Below are positions 26,424 through 36,830 of a stretch of 64,000 bases of DNA, piece after piece; position 1 is the stretch's first letter, and each line of letters begins with the position of its first letter. This stretch comes from Eledone cirrhosa (taxonomy: Eukaryota), in NCBI GenBank assembly GCA_964016885.1, contig OZ024741.1, positions 310,124,001 through 310,188,000 on the forward strand. Reading direction: 5' to 3'. The notes under the pieces are model-generated. The model was not told the DNA's origin and ran no database searches. It saw nothing but the letters and a program-made list of their open reading frames with translations. Both the position numbers and the translations under genes were made by a program.

Positions 26424-27152
26424 TGTAACGGATTATTATGTGTGTTTGTAACGATAAGTGGATGGATGGATGTAACTGTTGGTATGGTGGTTTCGATGTA
26501 AAGAAAAATACCAGGTTTGTGTTGTTACAAAGTTTATTTTATTATAACAATATTCAATTTGAATATTGAATGATAAAATCAGTAACACAAAATATTCATA
26601 CAATAATTTGGTGGCTCTTCGAGCCACGTAAATTCAAGTATCACAGAATACGATTATAATATAATTTGTACTGTATCAGAAAGGTACAATATCTGTAAAC
26701 AGAAATGGTGCGTGTATAAATACTCAACTCAGTATGAATGCGTGTGTGCGTATGAGTATATTTACTTGTTTGTATTGCAGGAGTCAGCGATCAGCCAGGA
26801 AGGCAGACTGGTTTTTCGTGACGAGAGCTTGTAAATGCGACTTGTCTTGTCTGTATATCACTTCTTTTCTGTCGGGACGTGAACAACCCCTGTATTTATA
26901 AGAATTGAAGTTAGAAGGATAGATATATCCTCTGAACTTTGGTTAGTCTCTCCCAAGGGATTAGTTTGCCAAGCGTAAACAAGTCAGAAAGATGGATATA
27001 TCCTCTGACCTATTTTCTGTCAGGCGTAAACACCTCTGACCTGTGTTTAGCCTCTCCCAAGGGGTTAGTCTCTTGAGCGTAATCAAGTTACTACGGCTTG
27101 TCCCAGAGGCGGGAAAGTTCAGATTCGGTTTCGAATCTTCGCCGCCGTAATA
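26424..27152 (-). repeat. 5' LTR of Gypsy A
   Basis: Plus strand begins TGTAACGG 2 nt from the PBS and ends CCGTAATA; carries an internal tandem duplication (~26910-27085) absent from the 3' LTR. Confidence 0.88.
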
Positions 27153-27413
27153 ACGTCACTCGTCAACATCGTTTATTTCCGTATTACTACCACGCGTAAG
27201 TGGAGTTTTCACGCGTTTTTTGAGAGAGAGAGGAAAGACTTAAAAGGGCCAAATTAGAAAACAAATTTAAGTTAATTAGAAAACAAGTCATGGTTATCAA
27301 TGTAGAAAACATAAATTTAAGTTTTATAATCAAATTTTTTTCACCAACAAATATGACAGTTAATAGCGTTGTAGTGCCCGCAATTCTGTATCTTTACGTA
27401 TATTGCGCATAGA

Positions 27414-27720
27414 TACGAGGGTTGACAAAGATACTCTCATGGAATGTGACCAAATGAGGTTTATTTTTCAACATAGTCTCCCTTGCGTTCCACACACTTC
27501 TTCCATCGGTGTTGCAGAACTGAGATCAATGTTTTCCTCGATAGTGGCAGTTGTAGGACGTCCAGACATTGGGTCATCTTCAAGAATCCCCTATCCTTTC
27601 CTAAATTCGGCTGCCCACTTTTGCACAAAGGAAAATTGTGGTACAATATTGTAAGGTCTGCTTATAGCATTATCCATCTTTCAAAAATGAAGGTCCACAT
27701 TTCGTCGACTTCAATACATT
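27414..27720 (-). mobile_element. Mariner-type DNA transposon remnant (internally deleted)
   Basis: TA+CGAGGG TIR start at 27414; minus-strand peptide LQHRWKKCVERKGDYVEK* is a typical mariner transposase C-terminus. Confidence 0.8.
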
Positions 27721-28334
27721 TTATTACATTTTATTGTATTGTAAACATTAACTTTTATGGAAATTTTATTACAAAATTTCAATTTAGTTCGATTTTTTGG
27801 AATTTATTTAACAAACATGGAAAAATAAGAAAAAGAATAAAATAAAAAATAATTTGATTGCCTTTAATAAAGAAGATAAATAAAGTGGAACTGATTTCTA
27901 GGTCATACTAATGAAACAGGGTTTTTTCCATTACTGATATTATCTGTCTGCCGCAAGTCCTGGTAGAAGATGTTACACGAACTAAAGTATTTTACTGAAG
28001 GACGCAACATGCTGCAGGATCGAAGAAAAACGAGCCCATGTCTTTATAATGGTTAGTCCAGTACCGTAACCCCTAAGGTATGTGCCGTCACAGAGGAAAG
28101 GTAAATCATATTATAACAGATTAGATGGGTACTATATTAGATATTACTATGTGTCATATTATACCAAAGAGGAAGTGTGCTGTATAATAAACATTGATAT
28201 CAGGTTGATTCAATAACTACCCGGTCCCAAATATGATCCCATGAACTTATGGTCGTCAGTCAAACACTTTTACCATTGTATGTATGTATGTATACACGTA
28301 TGGATGGATGTATGTATGTATACATGTATATATG

Positions 28335-30848
28335 TAAGTATGTATGCGTGTATGAGAACAACTGGAAGGACTTCAGGAGCTCGGTCTATGAGGCTTCAGC
28401 AGAGGTCCTTGGCTTTGTCACAAGAAAACAAGGACTGGTTTGATGAGAATGACCAGGAGGTCAAGGCTCTGCTAGACAGAAAACAAAAGGCACTTGGTAC
28501 AGTTCTTAAAGGTGGTAGCTCTGTTGGTGACAATTATGAGCGTTACAGACAGGTAAAGAAGGAAGTGCAGGTGAAACTCAGGGCTATGCAAAATACCTGG
28601 TGGAGCAACAAAGCAGATGAAGTTCAAGTGGCATCTGACGGCAACAATGTGAAACTGCCGCACTTTCTACTCACAGAGGTGTATGGCCCTTTCAGCTCTC
28701 CAGTGGCCCCTTTGAGATCGAAAGATGGCAAGCAATTACTGCGCGACCCAAAAGACACTCGACAGATAGAGAGATCACTTTGATGAGCTCTTAAACCAGC
28801 CATCCCAGGTTGATGATGATTTCATTTGTTCCATTCCTATTGAACCAGTGAAGCATATGAGATGGCTAATGTATCTTCTCTTGCAGAGGGGACTTCTGTT
28901 GTGCATAAGCTGAACTGTGGTAAGTCTCCTGGTATGGATGGTCTGAGTGGAGCGGTTTTGAAGTGTGGTGGTGAAAACTTCACGCAGCGCCTGACTGACC
29001 TCATGAAAATGGTGTGGGAAGATGAGAATGTCCCACAAGAAGGATGCGCTCATGGTGATTCTCCATAAAGGAAAGGACGGCAAGGACAAATATGGCAATT
29101 ATCATGTCATATCCCTTCTTTCAGTAGTTGGTAAAGTCGTGTCGAATATTGATGGATAGATTGATCCCAAGAGTTGCTCTGAATGTGTTGCCTGAGTCGC
29201 AGTGTGGGTTCAGAAACGAAAGAGGAACAGTGGATATGATCGTTTCTGCTCGGCAGCTGCAAGAAAAGTGTATCGAACAATGTATGGACCTTTACCAGGT
29301 CTTTGTTGACTTGACAAAGGCCTTTGACACTGTCAATTCAACTGCGTTGTGGGAAAAAAATCCAAGGTAGGGTAGAAGATTCTGCATCTTTTCCATGATG
29401 ACATGAAGGCTTTGGTCAGTATTGGTGGTAGCATCTCTGAACCAATATCAGTTGAAAATCGAGTGAAGCAGGGGGACATTCCGGCTCCAACTCTGTTTTC
29501 CTTACATTTTACGATAGTGTTTCTCATGGCATTCAAATATTGTTCTCATGGGGTTTACATCAGGTATCGCACTTCAGGAAGGTTGTTCAACACCAGGCGC
29601 TTTGGTACAAGCACAAAGGTATTAACATCTATAATCCGAGAGTTTTTGTATGCAGACGACTGCGATCTTTTTGCACACTCACAAAGTGACATGCAGCATA
29701 TTATGAACTCTTTATCTGCAGCTTGCAGCACTTTGGGCGTCACAATAAGCTTGGAAAAGACTGTTGTGATGTATCAGCCAGTACCTGGAAACGAGTACAT
29801 TGCACCAAGTGTGTACGTGTACGGAAAGAAGCTAAAAGTTGCTGACAAGTTTGTTTACCTTGGTAGTACGTTGAACACTTTATGCACACATGATAATGAA
29901 ATATCCTTAAGAATCAAGAAAGCCAGTGATGCTTTTGGACGGCTGCATCAACGACGAGGTATCACTATCGAAAACAAGGTGAAAGTGTATCTGACTTGTA
30001 TCGTCTCCTCTTTACTTTATGTTTGTGAAACGTGGGTCACATACAGAAAGCACCTCAAGGATCTGGAGAGATTTCACCAACAATCTCTTCATAAGTTACT
30101 TGGGGTGTGGTGGAAAATGTTCGCCAGTGATTTGGAAGTTCTAGAACGGAGCAGGTGCGTGACTATAGAGAGCATAATCTTTCGGTATCGGTTGAGGTGG
30201 TGCAGTCACGTGGTCCGGATGTCTGATGATCGTATTCCAAAGCAACTTCTCTATGGAGAACTGTGTGAAGGAAGGCGACCACCACATAAACCAAAAAGGC
30301 GGTACCGGGACTGTGTCAGGAGCACCTTGGCTTGTGCTGGAATTTCATCTGACGAATGGGAGAAAATGGCTGGAGACGTTTGATCAAGTCAGGTGGTGAA
30401 CACTTTGAAACTCGTCGGAGAGAACACCTTACACTGAAATGGAAGGTAAGGAAAGGAGACTGTTCTAAACTGCCTGCTGTTGAAATCATCTGGTTTGCCA
30501 GCACTGTGGTCGAGTCAGCCTGAGCAAAGCTGGTTTGATTAGACATGAACAAAGTCATATCAGTAGACCTCATGTAGATTATGATCTGAAAAGGTGTAAG
30601 AAATGTACAAGCATGGGAGGTCTTAAAAGATACATGTGAACATACAGCCAGAACAAAGCAATGGAAGGTTTCAGGGGAGCCTAAAGTTGCCATGTGTGTG
30701 TCAGAGGGTGCAAGTATTTGGCTGGTTTAAAGAGTCACATTTGTGCTTCACATTTTTGAACATTTTATCGGGCGATGGCAATACTTGAACACGAGTTTGC
30801 AGCCATCATGTATGTATGTATGTATGTATGTATGTATGTATGTATGTG
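28335..30848 (+). mobile_element. RTE-clade LINE, 5'-truncated, frameshifted ORF with RT and C-terminal C2H2 fingers, (ATGT)n tail
   Basis: NKDWFDEND, GKSPGMDG, LPESQCGFR, FVDLTKAFD, VKQGD, YADD, FVYLGS, RLRWCSHVVRM..DRIPKQLLYGEL; the 3' end runs into (TGTA)n at ~30809-30845. Confidence 0.92.
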
Positions 30849-31514
30849 TCAGGTCACCAGTTGGTGCTACTGGTAACATGTATCCCAGTACAACCTGTCT
30901 CATGGTCGGGTCGTTGGCGACTAAACTGGCAACCCCACCAAGGTTTCTTGGTGAGGAGGGTGGCTTTGGACATCCTGCAGGACTAAAAACAAAACCTGTC
31001 AAAAGGCAAAGGGGCTCTTAAGAGTCAATAGCCATCCAAAATCACCGGGAGAGATGACCCATTAGCCTTTGTCAAGGCAGAATTCTAGGAGAAGGAAAAC
31101 TCTGATATAACACCTGCAACCCTGATGGTATCCAATGATGTTGAATTGTTCTTCTTTTTGGTAAATATCATCTTGGTTAAGAGAGTGGGACTGGCTTTGT
31201 GCAGTGCCTTTGCTCACTATAAAAGCTTCACAGCACAGGCATTGCTTTATATCTGGACATCTCTCTGCACTTGTCGTCACATGGTACCATGGGCCCAGCA
31301 CTATGTGTCAATAATTGTCACAAGTGTAGTGTTTGTACCAGAGTTTTCAAGTCGCTGGCTGGACTAAAAAGTCACACTCATTCAGCGCATTGGTAGGGGT
31401 TCTCCTACATGGATATAAAGTAGTGGCCGTACTCGAAAACGAGTTGGCAGCGACCATGTATGTATGTATGTATGTATGTATGTATGTATGTATGTATGTA
31501 TGTATGTATGTATG
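30849..31514 (+). mobile_element. Non-autonomous RTE-derived element (5'UTR + 3' tail), copy 1
   Basis: 5' ~190 bp shared with copy 2; contains the RTE-5'UTR-like ctaggagaaggaaaactctga; 3' end ggccgtactcgaaaacgagttggcagc..ccatg(tatg)n resembles the LINE 3' end at 30777-30845; no ORF. Confidence 0.7.
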
Positions 31515-32165
31515 TCGGGTCACTCTTGAGAGCTATTGGTAACATGTAACCCAGTACAACCTGTCGCATGGTCGGGTCGTCGGCGACTAAACCGGCAACC
31601 CCACCAAGTTTACTTGGTGAGGAGGGTGATTTTGGACACCCTGCAGGACAAAAAACAAAACCTGACAAAGGGCGGAAGATCTCATAAGAGTCAACGGCCA
31701 TCCAAAAGTGTGTAAATATGTATATACACATGTACATATGTATGTATATGTATATGTGTATATACATGGGTGCATGTGTATGTACATGCGCGGGGACATA
31801 GAAATAATCGGGCTGGACACCCTATTGCGCGGTTAAACCACTGGGAGTGAAGGACTCCTAGCCTTTGTCAGGGCATTCTTCTAGGAGAAGGCAACTCAGG
31901 AAACTGGGATAACTCCGATATAAAACCTGCGGCTCAGTAGTTACCGATGATGTTGATATTTTCTTCTTTTCGGGTTATAGCTACTGACGCTCAGAGAGTG
32001 GGATTGGCTCAGTGCACAGTCTTTCCTCATTAAAAAAAATATCTTCATGCACAGGCATTGCACGATAGAATTAATTAATAATTATTAATAATGGTATATC
32101 ATGCAATGGCCATACTCGATAACGAGGGGGCAGCCATCATGTATGCATGCATGCGTGTATGTATG
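31515..32165 (+). mobile_element. Non-autonomous RTE-derived element, copy 2
   Basis: Same 5' leader as copy 1 (ggtcac...ggtaacatgta.cccagtacaacctgtc...aaaacctg.caaa), ctaggagaaggcaactc, and the tail ggccatactcgataacgagggggcagccatcatgtatg. Confidence 0.7.
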
Positions 32166-32195
32166 TGTGTGTGTATATATATGTGTGTGTGCGTG

Positions 32196-32237
<42 letters not shown>

Positions 32238-32384
32238 CATGTGGGTGTGTATATATATATCTCCATATACATATTTATTCAGCTGATATAGGCTGGATTG
32301 GTTGGAATATTCTGACGCGAATTCTTTCTGCTCTGTTAAATCGAAACAAATCTTGACTTTTTATTTGAGGTTTTCTATATAAGA

Positions 32385-33025
32385 GACCGGGAGACCATGT
32401 TGATACTATAAAGGCCATTTGTCCTAAGCCGCCTGGACTATTGCTCCCAGCTGTGGTCACCCCATAGTATGAAACTAACCACGGAACTTGAGACAATCCA
32501 ACGAAGCTACACCAAGAGGATTGCACGATGAAGGAGATGAGCTACTGGGAGAGGCTAAAAGAACTGAAACTCTACTCCTTGGAACGAAGACGGTAGAGAT
32601 ACGCAGTGATATACATATGGAAAATCCTGGAGGGACTATCGCCAAACTTTGGTATTGAGAGCGGGACCAACCCCCGAACAGGACGTCACTGTGTGGTGAC
32701 AAAGGTCCTGTCTTCCACATCTAGAACAAGAAGCAGATATTGCAATAGACTGGGGTTCAAAGGCCCTCAACTCTTCAACAAACTGCCGAGGGATTTGAGA
32801 GATCTACATGGTGTGGCCGTGGATATTTTCAAGAAACTTCTCGACACCCTGTTATCCAGGATCCCGGATGAGCCCACATCACGGTACGAAGGTAACCTAA
32901 GGGCAGCAGCAACGAACTCCCTCTTACATCAATGGCCAGCCAACACAGGCTGGAGATAGAATGTGTAGCAACAAGGGCAGTGCCCAATCATGGTCTCAGC
33001 CGGATGGCTGGAACAGCTAAAAGAG
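32385..33025 (+). mobile_element. CR1-like LINE 3' fragment
   Basis: MSYWERLKELKLYSLERRR.RYAVIYIWKILEGL...GPQLFNKLP..LR...FKKLLD..L..IPDEP, the C-terminus of a CR1-group ORF2. Confidence 0.8.
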
Positions 33026-33279
33026 TATATATATATATTTGAAATAGAAATGGCTTCAACAGGACTAGAACTGTTTAATTCGGAGGAAATCATCAGAAAA
33101 GCCGACTGTCAATGTAATATGGTGGTATTTATACATTTTCTGGTGGTAGGGGAGGGTAGTAAATTGATGTTAAGTAGACAAACACATACACACTGACAGG
33201 CACTCCTAATTTTCAAGATTCATTTATTCCAAACAAAGGGTTTTCATTGAGTGGCAATATTAAAATGCTCTGCTAAAAG

Positions 33280-34040
33280 ATATAAATATGTGTGTGTGTG
33301 TTTGTGTATGTGTGTATATATATATGTGTGTGTGTGTGATGTGTGTGTGTGCAAATTTCAATAATATTAAGATACCCTAATGAGGGTTAAACGCCCTATA
33401 GTGAAAAGTTTGGCCAATAAATGGAACAAGATTTTACGAACTCCTCCTATGGTTTTGGAGATAGACCCCCATAACCATATATATTCTGAAACTACATTGC
33501 CCAGGTACTTGTATAAGTATATTTCATTTAAAATACCCTAATGGGGGTTAAACCAGGGGGCACAAAATCCCCGCTGAAAGTTTTTTCGGTTCGATTTATA
33601 TGCAATTTAAACCATAGATAAATGAAGAGATATGATGCCTATTCACAAAATTTCAATACTATAAGACACCTTAATGGTGGTTAAACCCCCTATTAGGGTT
33701 CCCCGGGGGTACAAACCCCCGCTGAAAACTTCTCTCTTTCGATTTATATGAAACTTAAACCATAGGTAAATGACAAGATATGATGCCTATTCACAAAAGT
33801 TTTCAATTGATATTTTGAAAAAAATTATTTACAAGAAACAAAATAAGAATAAGATTTAATAATGCAATTTTGATTTGATATATTACAAAAAATGATGTTT
33901 TCCAATTTTTCATGCATTATATTTTACATTGAGTAATATTGAGTTTTTCTCCATAAATTATATCACTGATTTAAAATCAATCATCATTTTCTTACAAAAA
34001 AAATGTGTGAAACGCAGCAAGGCGCTGGTAATTTGGCTAG
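33280..34040 (+). mobile_element. Probable non-autonomous Helitron
   Basis: Subterminal hairpin cagc-aaggc-gctg then CTAG (34037-34040) followed by T; internal ~150-bp duplications; 5' end uncertain. Confidence 0.55.
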
Positions 34041-34074
34041 TATATATGTATATGTGAGTGTGTGTATATATATG

Positions 34075-34760
34075 TGTGTGTGTGCTCATTATGTAGGAGA
34101 GGTGTAGGTAGAAACTCCATCCTCTGCCCCATATGCAAACTATGGGTACACAAGAGATGTAGTGGGATCTCAGGAAGTTTAGTTAAGAATGTAGGCTTTA
34201 CATGTAGCAGTTGCACCAGGACAGTAAGCAGCAAACAATCACTGAAAACAAGTGACATCAAAGTCTGGGAGGACTTGGTAAAAACAATACCGAATTAGCA
34301 GTGGAGGGGGGGGGGGGGGTTCTGGAAGAAGTTGAGGGAGCTACTGCCACAGCTGGATACAAAAGGCTTTTCCCTCAGAATAAAAGGTAGACTGTATGAT
34401 GTGTGCATATGAACGGCAATGTTGCATGGCAGTGAGAGCTGGGCGCTGTGTGTAGAAGACTTGCGTAGATTAGAAAGGAATGAAGCTTGTATGCTCCGAT
34501 GGATGTGTAATAGTAATATACGCGAACAGCAAAGCATAAACAAACTGAAAGAGAAACTAGGTATAAGAGGAATCAAATGTTGTGTGCAGGAGAGGAGATT
34601 ATGTTGGTATGGACATGTGATTCGTATGAAGGATGACAGCTACATAAAGTCCCAGAAAGACTTGAGATGAAGTGATAAAAGCCGACCTTGCCCAAGAGCT
34701 CTGGCGTTATGAGGTAATACAGAAACCCCAACTTCCCACGGGCCCAGGCCAAGGCTGAAA
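34075..34760 (+). mobile_element. RTE LINE 3' fragment (PHD-like CRRGVGRNSILCPICKLWVHKRC insert; MLHGSESW; RRLCWYGHV)
   Basis: Peptide motifs in ORFs 34062-34298 and 34419-34670; internally deleted. Confidence 0.75.
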
Positions 34761-35032
34761 CATACATACAGTATGCACCACTCCATCCCACCCGCCAATA
34801 TATCTTTCATGAGAACAGGCGAAACACTGTAAAGTGGTCGTGATGGTGACACGGTAAAAAACACCCAGTCCATACTGTAAAGTAGTCGTGGAGCAATCAC
34901 AACAAAAAACACCCAGTACTCACTGTAAATGAGCTTGGCATTAGGAAGGGCATCCAGCTGTAGAAACCAACCCAAAATCACTTCTTTATGAGCAAGACAT
35001 GGTCACCTGACCTAACATTGCCAACAATAGAA

Positions 35033-35303
35033 GGCACATGGCTCAGTGGTTAGAGCATTGGGCTTGCAATTGAAAGGTTGTGAGTTTAATTCTCGGACCG
35101 GGTGATGTGTTGTTTCCTTGAGCAAGACACTTTATTTCACATTGCTCCAGTTTACTCAGCTGTAGAAATGAGATGATAGGACTGGGGTCCCTATCATTCC
35201 ACTGCAAAGTGGTCGTGGAGGTGCCACGGCAAAAAAAAAAACACCCAGCACTCACTGTAAATGAGGTTGGTGTTAGGAAGGGCATCCAGCCAGAATCAGT
35301 TCC
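35033..35303 (+). mobile_element. tRNA-derived CORE-SINE fused to a second repeat; inverted near-identical copy at 35838-36149
   Basis: tggctcagtggttagagc (A box), B-box-like gagtttaattc, ccttgagcaagacactttatt (CORE-like). Confidence 0.75.
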
Positions 35304-35439
35304 CGTATGAGCAAGACAAGGTCAGCCGACTGGACACTGCCCACAACAGGACAACCCATGCTAGCATAGAAGAACTGACATAAAATGATGATGATGAAAT
35401 ATAACAGAGTTTTATAGCTTGCTTGAAGCATTGATGAAT

Positions 35440-35790
35440 AGGAAACACAAATTTAAATTTTGAAAACCAAGTTGAGGGCCTTTGAACCCCAGGCTATTGC
35501 AATAGCTGCTCCTGATTCTAGATGTGGAAGACGGGACCTTTGGTACCACACAGTGACGTCCTGTTCGAGAATTGGTCCAGCTCTCAATGCGAAAGTTTGG
35601 TCTTAGTCCCCCCAGGATTTTCCATATGTATATCATTGCATATCTCTCCCGTCTTCATTCCGAGGAGTAGAGTTTCAGTTCTTTTAGACTCTCCCAGTAG
35701 TTTATCTCCTTCATCGTGGCAACTTCATTGGATTGCTTCAAGCTCCATGGTTAGTTTGATACTATGGGGTGACCACAGCTGGGAGCATTC
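35440..35790 (-). mobile_element. CR1-like LINE fragment (same family as 32385-33025)
   Basis: ORF 35412-35636 IYIWKILGGLRPNF..ES.TN.RTGRHCVV.KV.SSTSR is highly similar to ORF 32606-32959. Confidence 0.8.
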
Positions 35791-36217
35791 ATCACTTCAT
35801 TTTACGTCCACTTTTCCCTGCTTGCAAGGGTGGGACAGGAACTGATTCTGGCCTGATTTCTACAGCTGGATGCCCTTCCTAACACCAACCTCATTTACAG
35901 TGAGTGCTGGGTGCTTTTTTCCCGTGGCACCTCCACATCCACTTTACAGTGTGGGCTGGGTGCTTTTTTGCCGTGGCACCTCCACGACCACTTTGCAGTG
36001 GAATGATAGGGACCCCAGTCCTATCATCTCATTTCTACAGCTGAGTAAACTGGAGCAATGTGAAATAAAGTGTCTTGCTCAAGGAAACAACACATCACCC
36101 GGTGTGAGAATTGAACTCACAACCTTTCGATTGCAAAGCCAATGCTCTCAATATGTATATATATATATATATTTATATATAAACTAATACACACACGCAC
36201 ACACACACACACACACA

Positions 36218-36268
<51 letters not shown>

Positions 36269-36269
36269 T

Positions 36270-36830
36270 AATAATAATACATATGAAGACTAAAATCCAA
36301 AGAGGGCTAGATAGGGATAAATATATATCAATTATATAAGAACCGTAGAGCAAATATTTATTAAAATAACAGATTAAAGTTTAAGCAAAGAATCGGCTGG
36401 TTTCACCCTTAATGGGATCTTCTGAAACTAAAAAAAAAATCAATCTGAACGCAGAAGTAAATATTTCGAAAAACGTTGCAACCGAAGGAAGATAGGAAGG
36501 CGATACTTTGGTTCGTGGAGACGTAGTTTTAGGTATTTCTTCCTGCTTGGTACGGGTATGTTCTTTGTAGAAATATTCAGATGTTTCTGCATGATGAATA
36601 TAAGTCAATAGAGTACTCAGTCAAGGGAGCCCAATAGTAATAATAATAAATTTGAAGACTAACATCCAAAGAGGGCTCGATAAGGATAAATATATAAGAA
36701 CCGTAGAGCAAATATTTATTAAAATAACAGATTAAAGTTTAAGCAAAGAATCGGCGGCTTTCACTCTTAATGAGATCTTCTGAAACTAAAAAAAAATCAA
36801 TCTGTGAACGCAGAAGTAAATATTTCTAAG
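36270..36830 (-). repeat. ~360-bp-period direct repeat, each unit with a hammerhead-like motif
   Basis: 36270-36470 and 36640-36830 are near-identical; HHR-like motifs at 36390-36430 and 36748-36788 (minus). Confidence 0.6.

Larger units (their letters stand above)
21461..27152 (-). mobile_element. Ty3/Gypsy LTR retrotransposon A (CsRn1 clade), degenerate
   Basis: 5' LTR 26424-27152, PBS, gag, PR-RT-RNaseH-IN order, PPT (ggaagaggg) abutting a truncated 3' LTR at 21461-22012. The tRNA-Trp PBS and the degenerate CHCC-type Gag motif are CsRn1-clade hallmarks. Confidence 0.92.

Noticed and set aside
30860-30940. Possible HDV-like ribozyme in the RTE-derived 5' leader (ccagt/actgg P2-like pair, tcg-loop-cga hairpin, CTAA)
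   Set aside because: No convincing P1, P3 or L3 (YCCHCG) could be assembled by eye in either copy; it needs a descriptor search.
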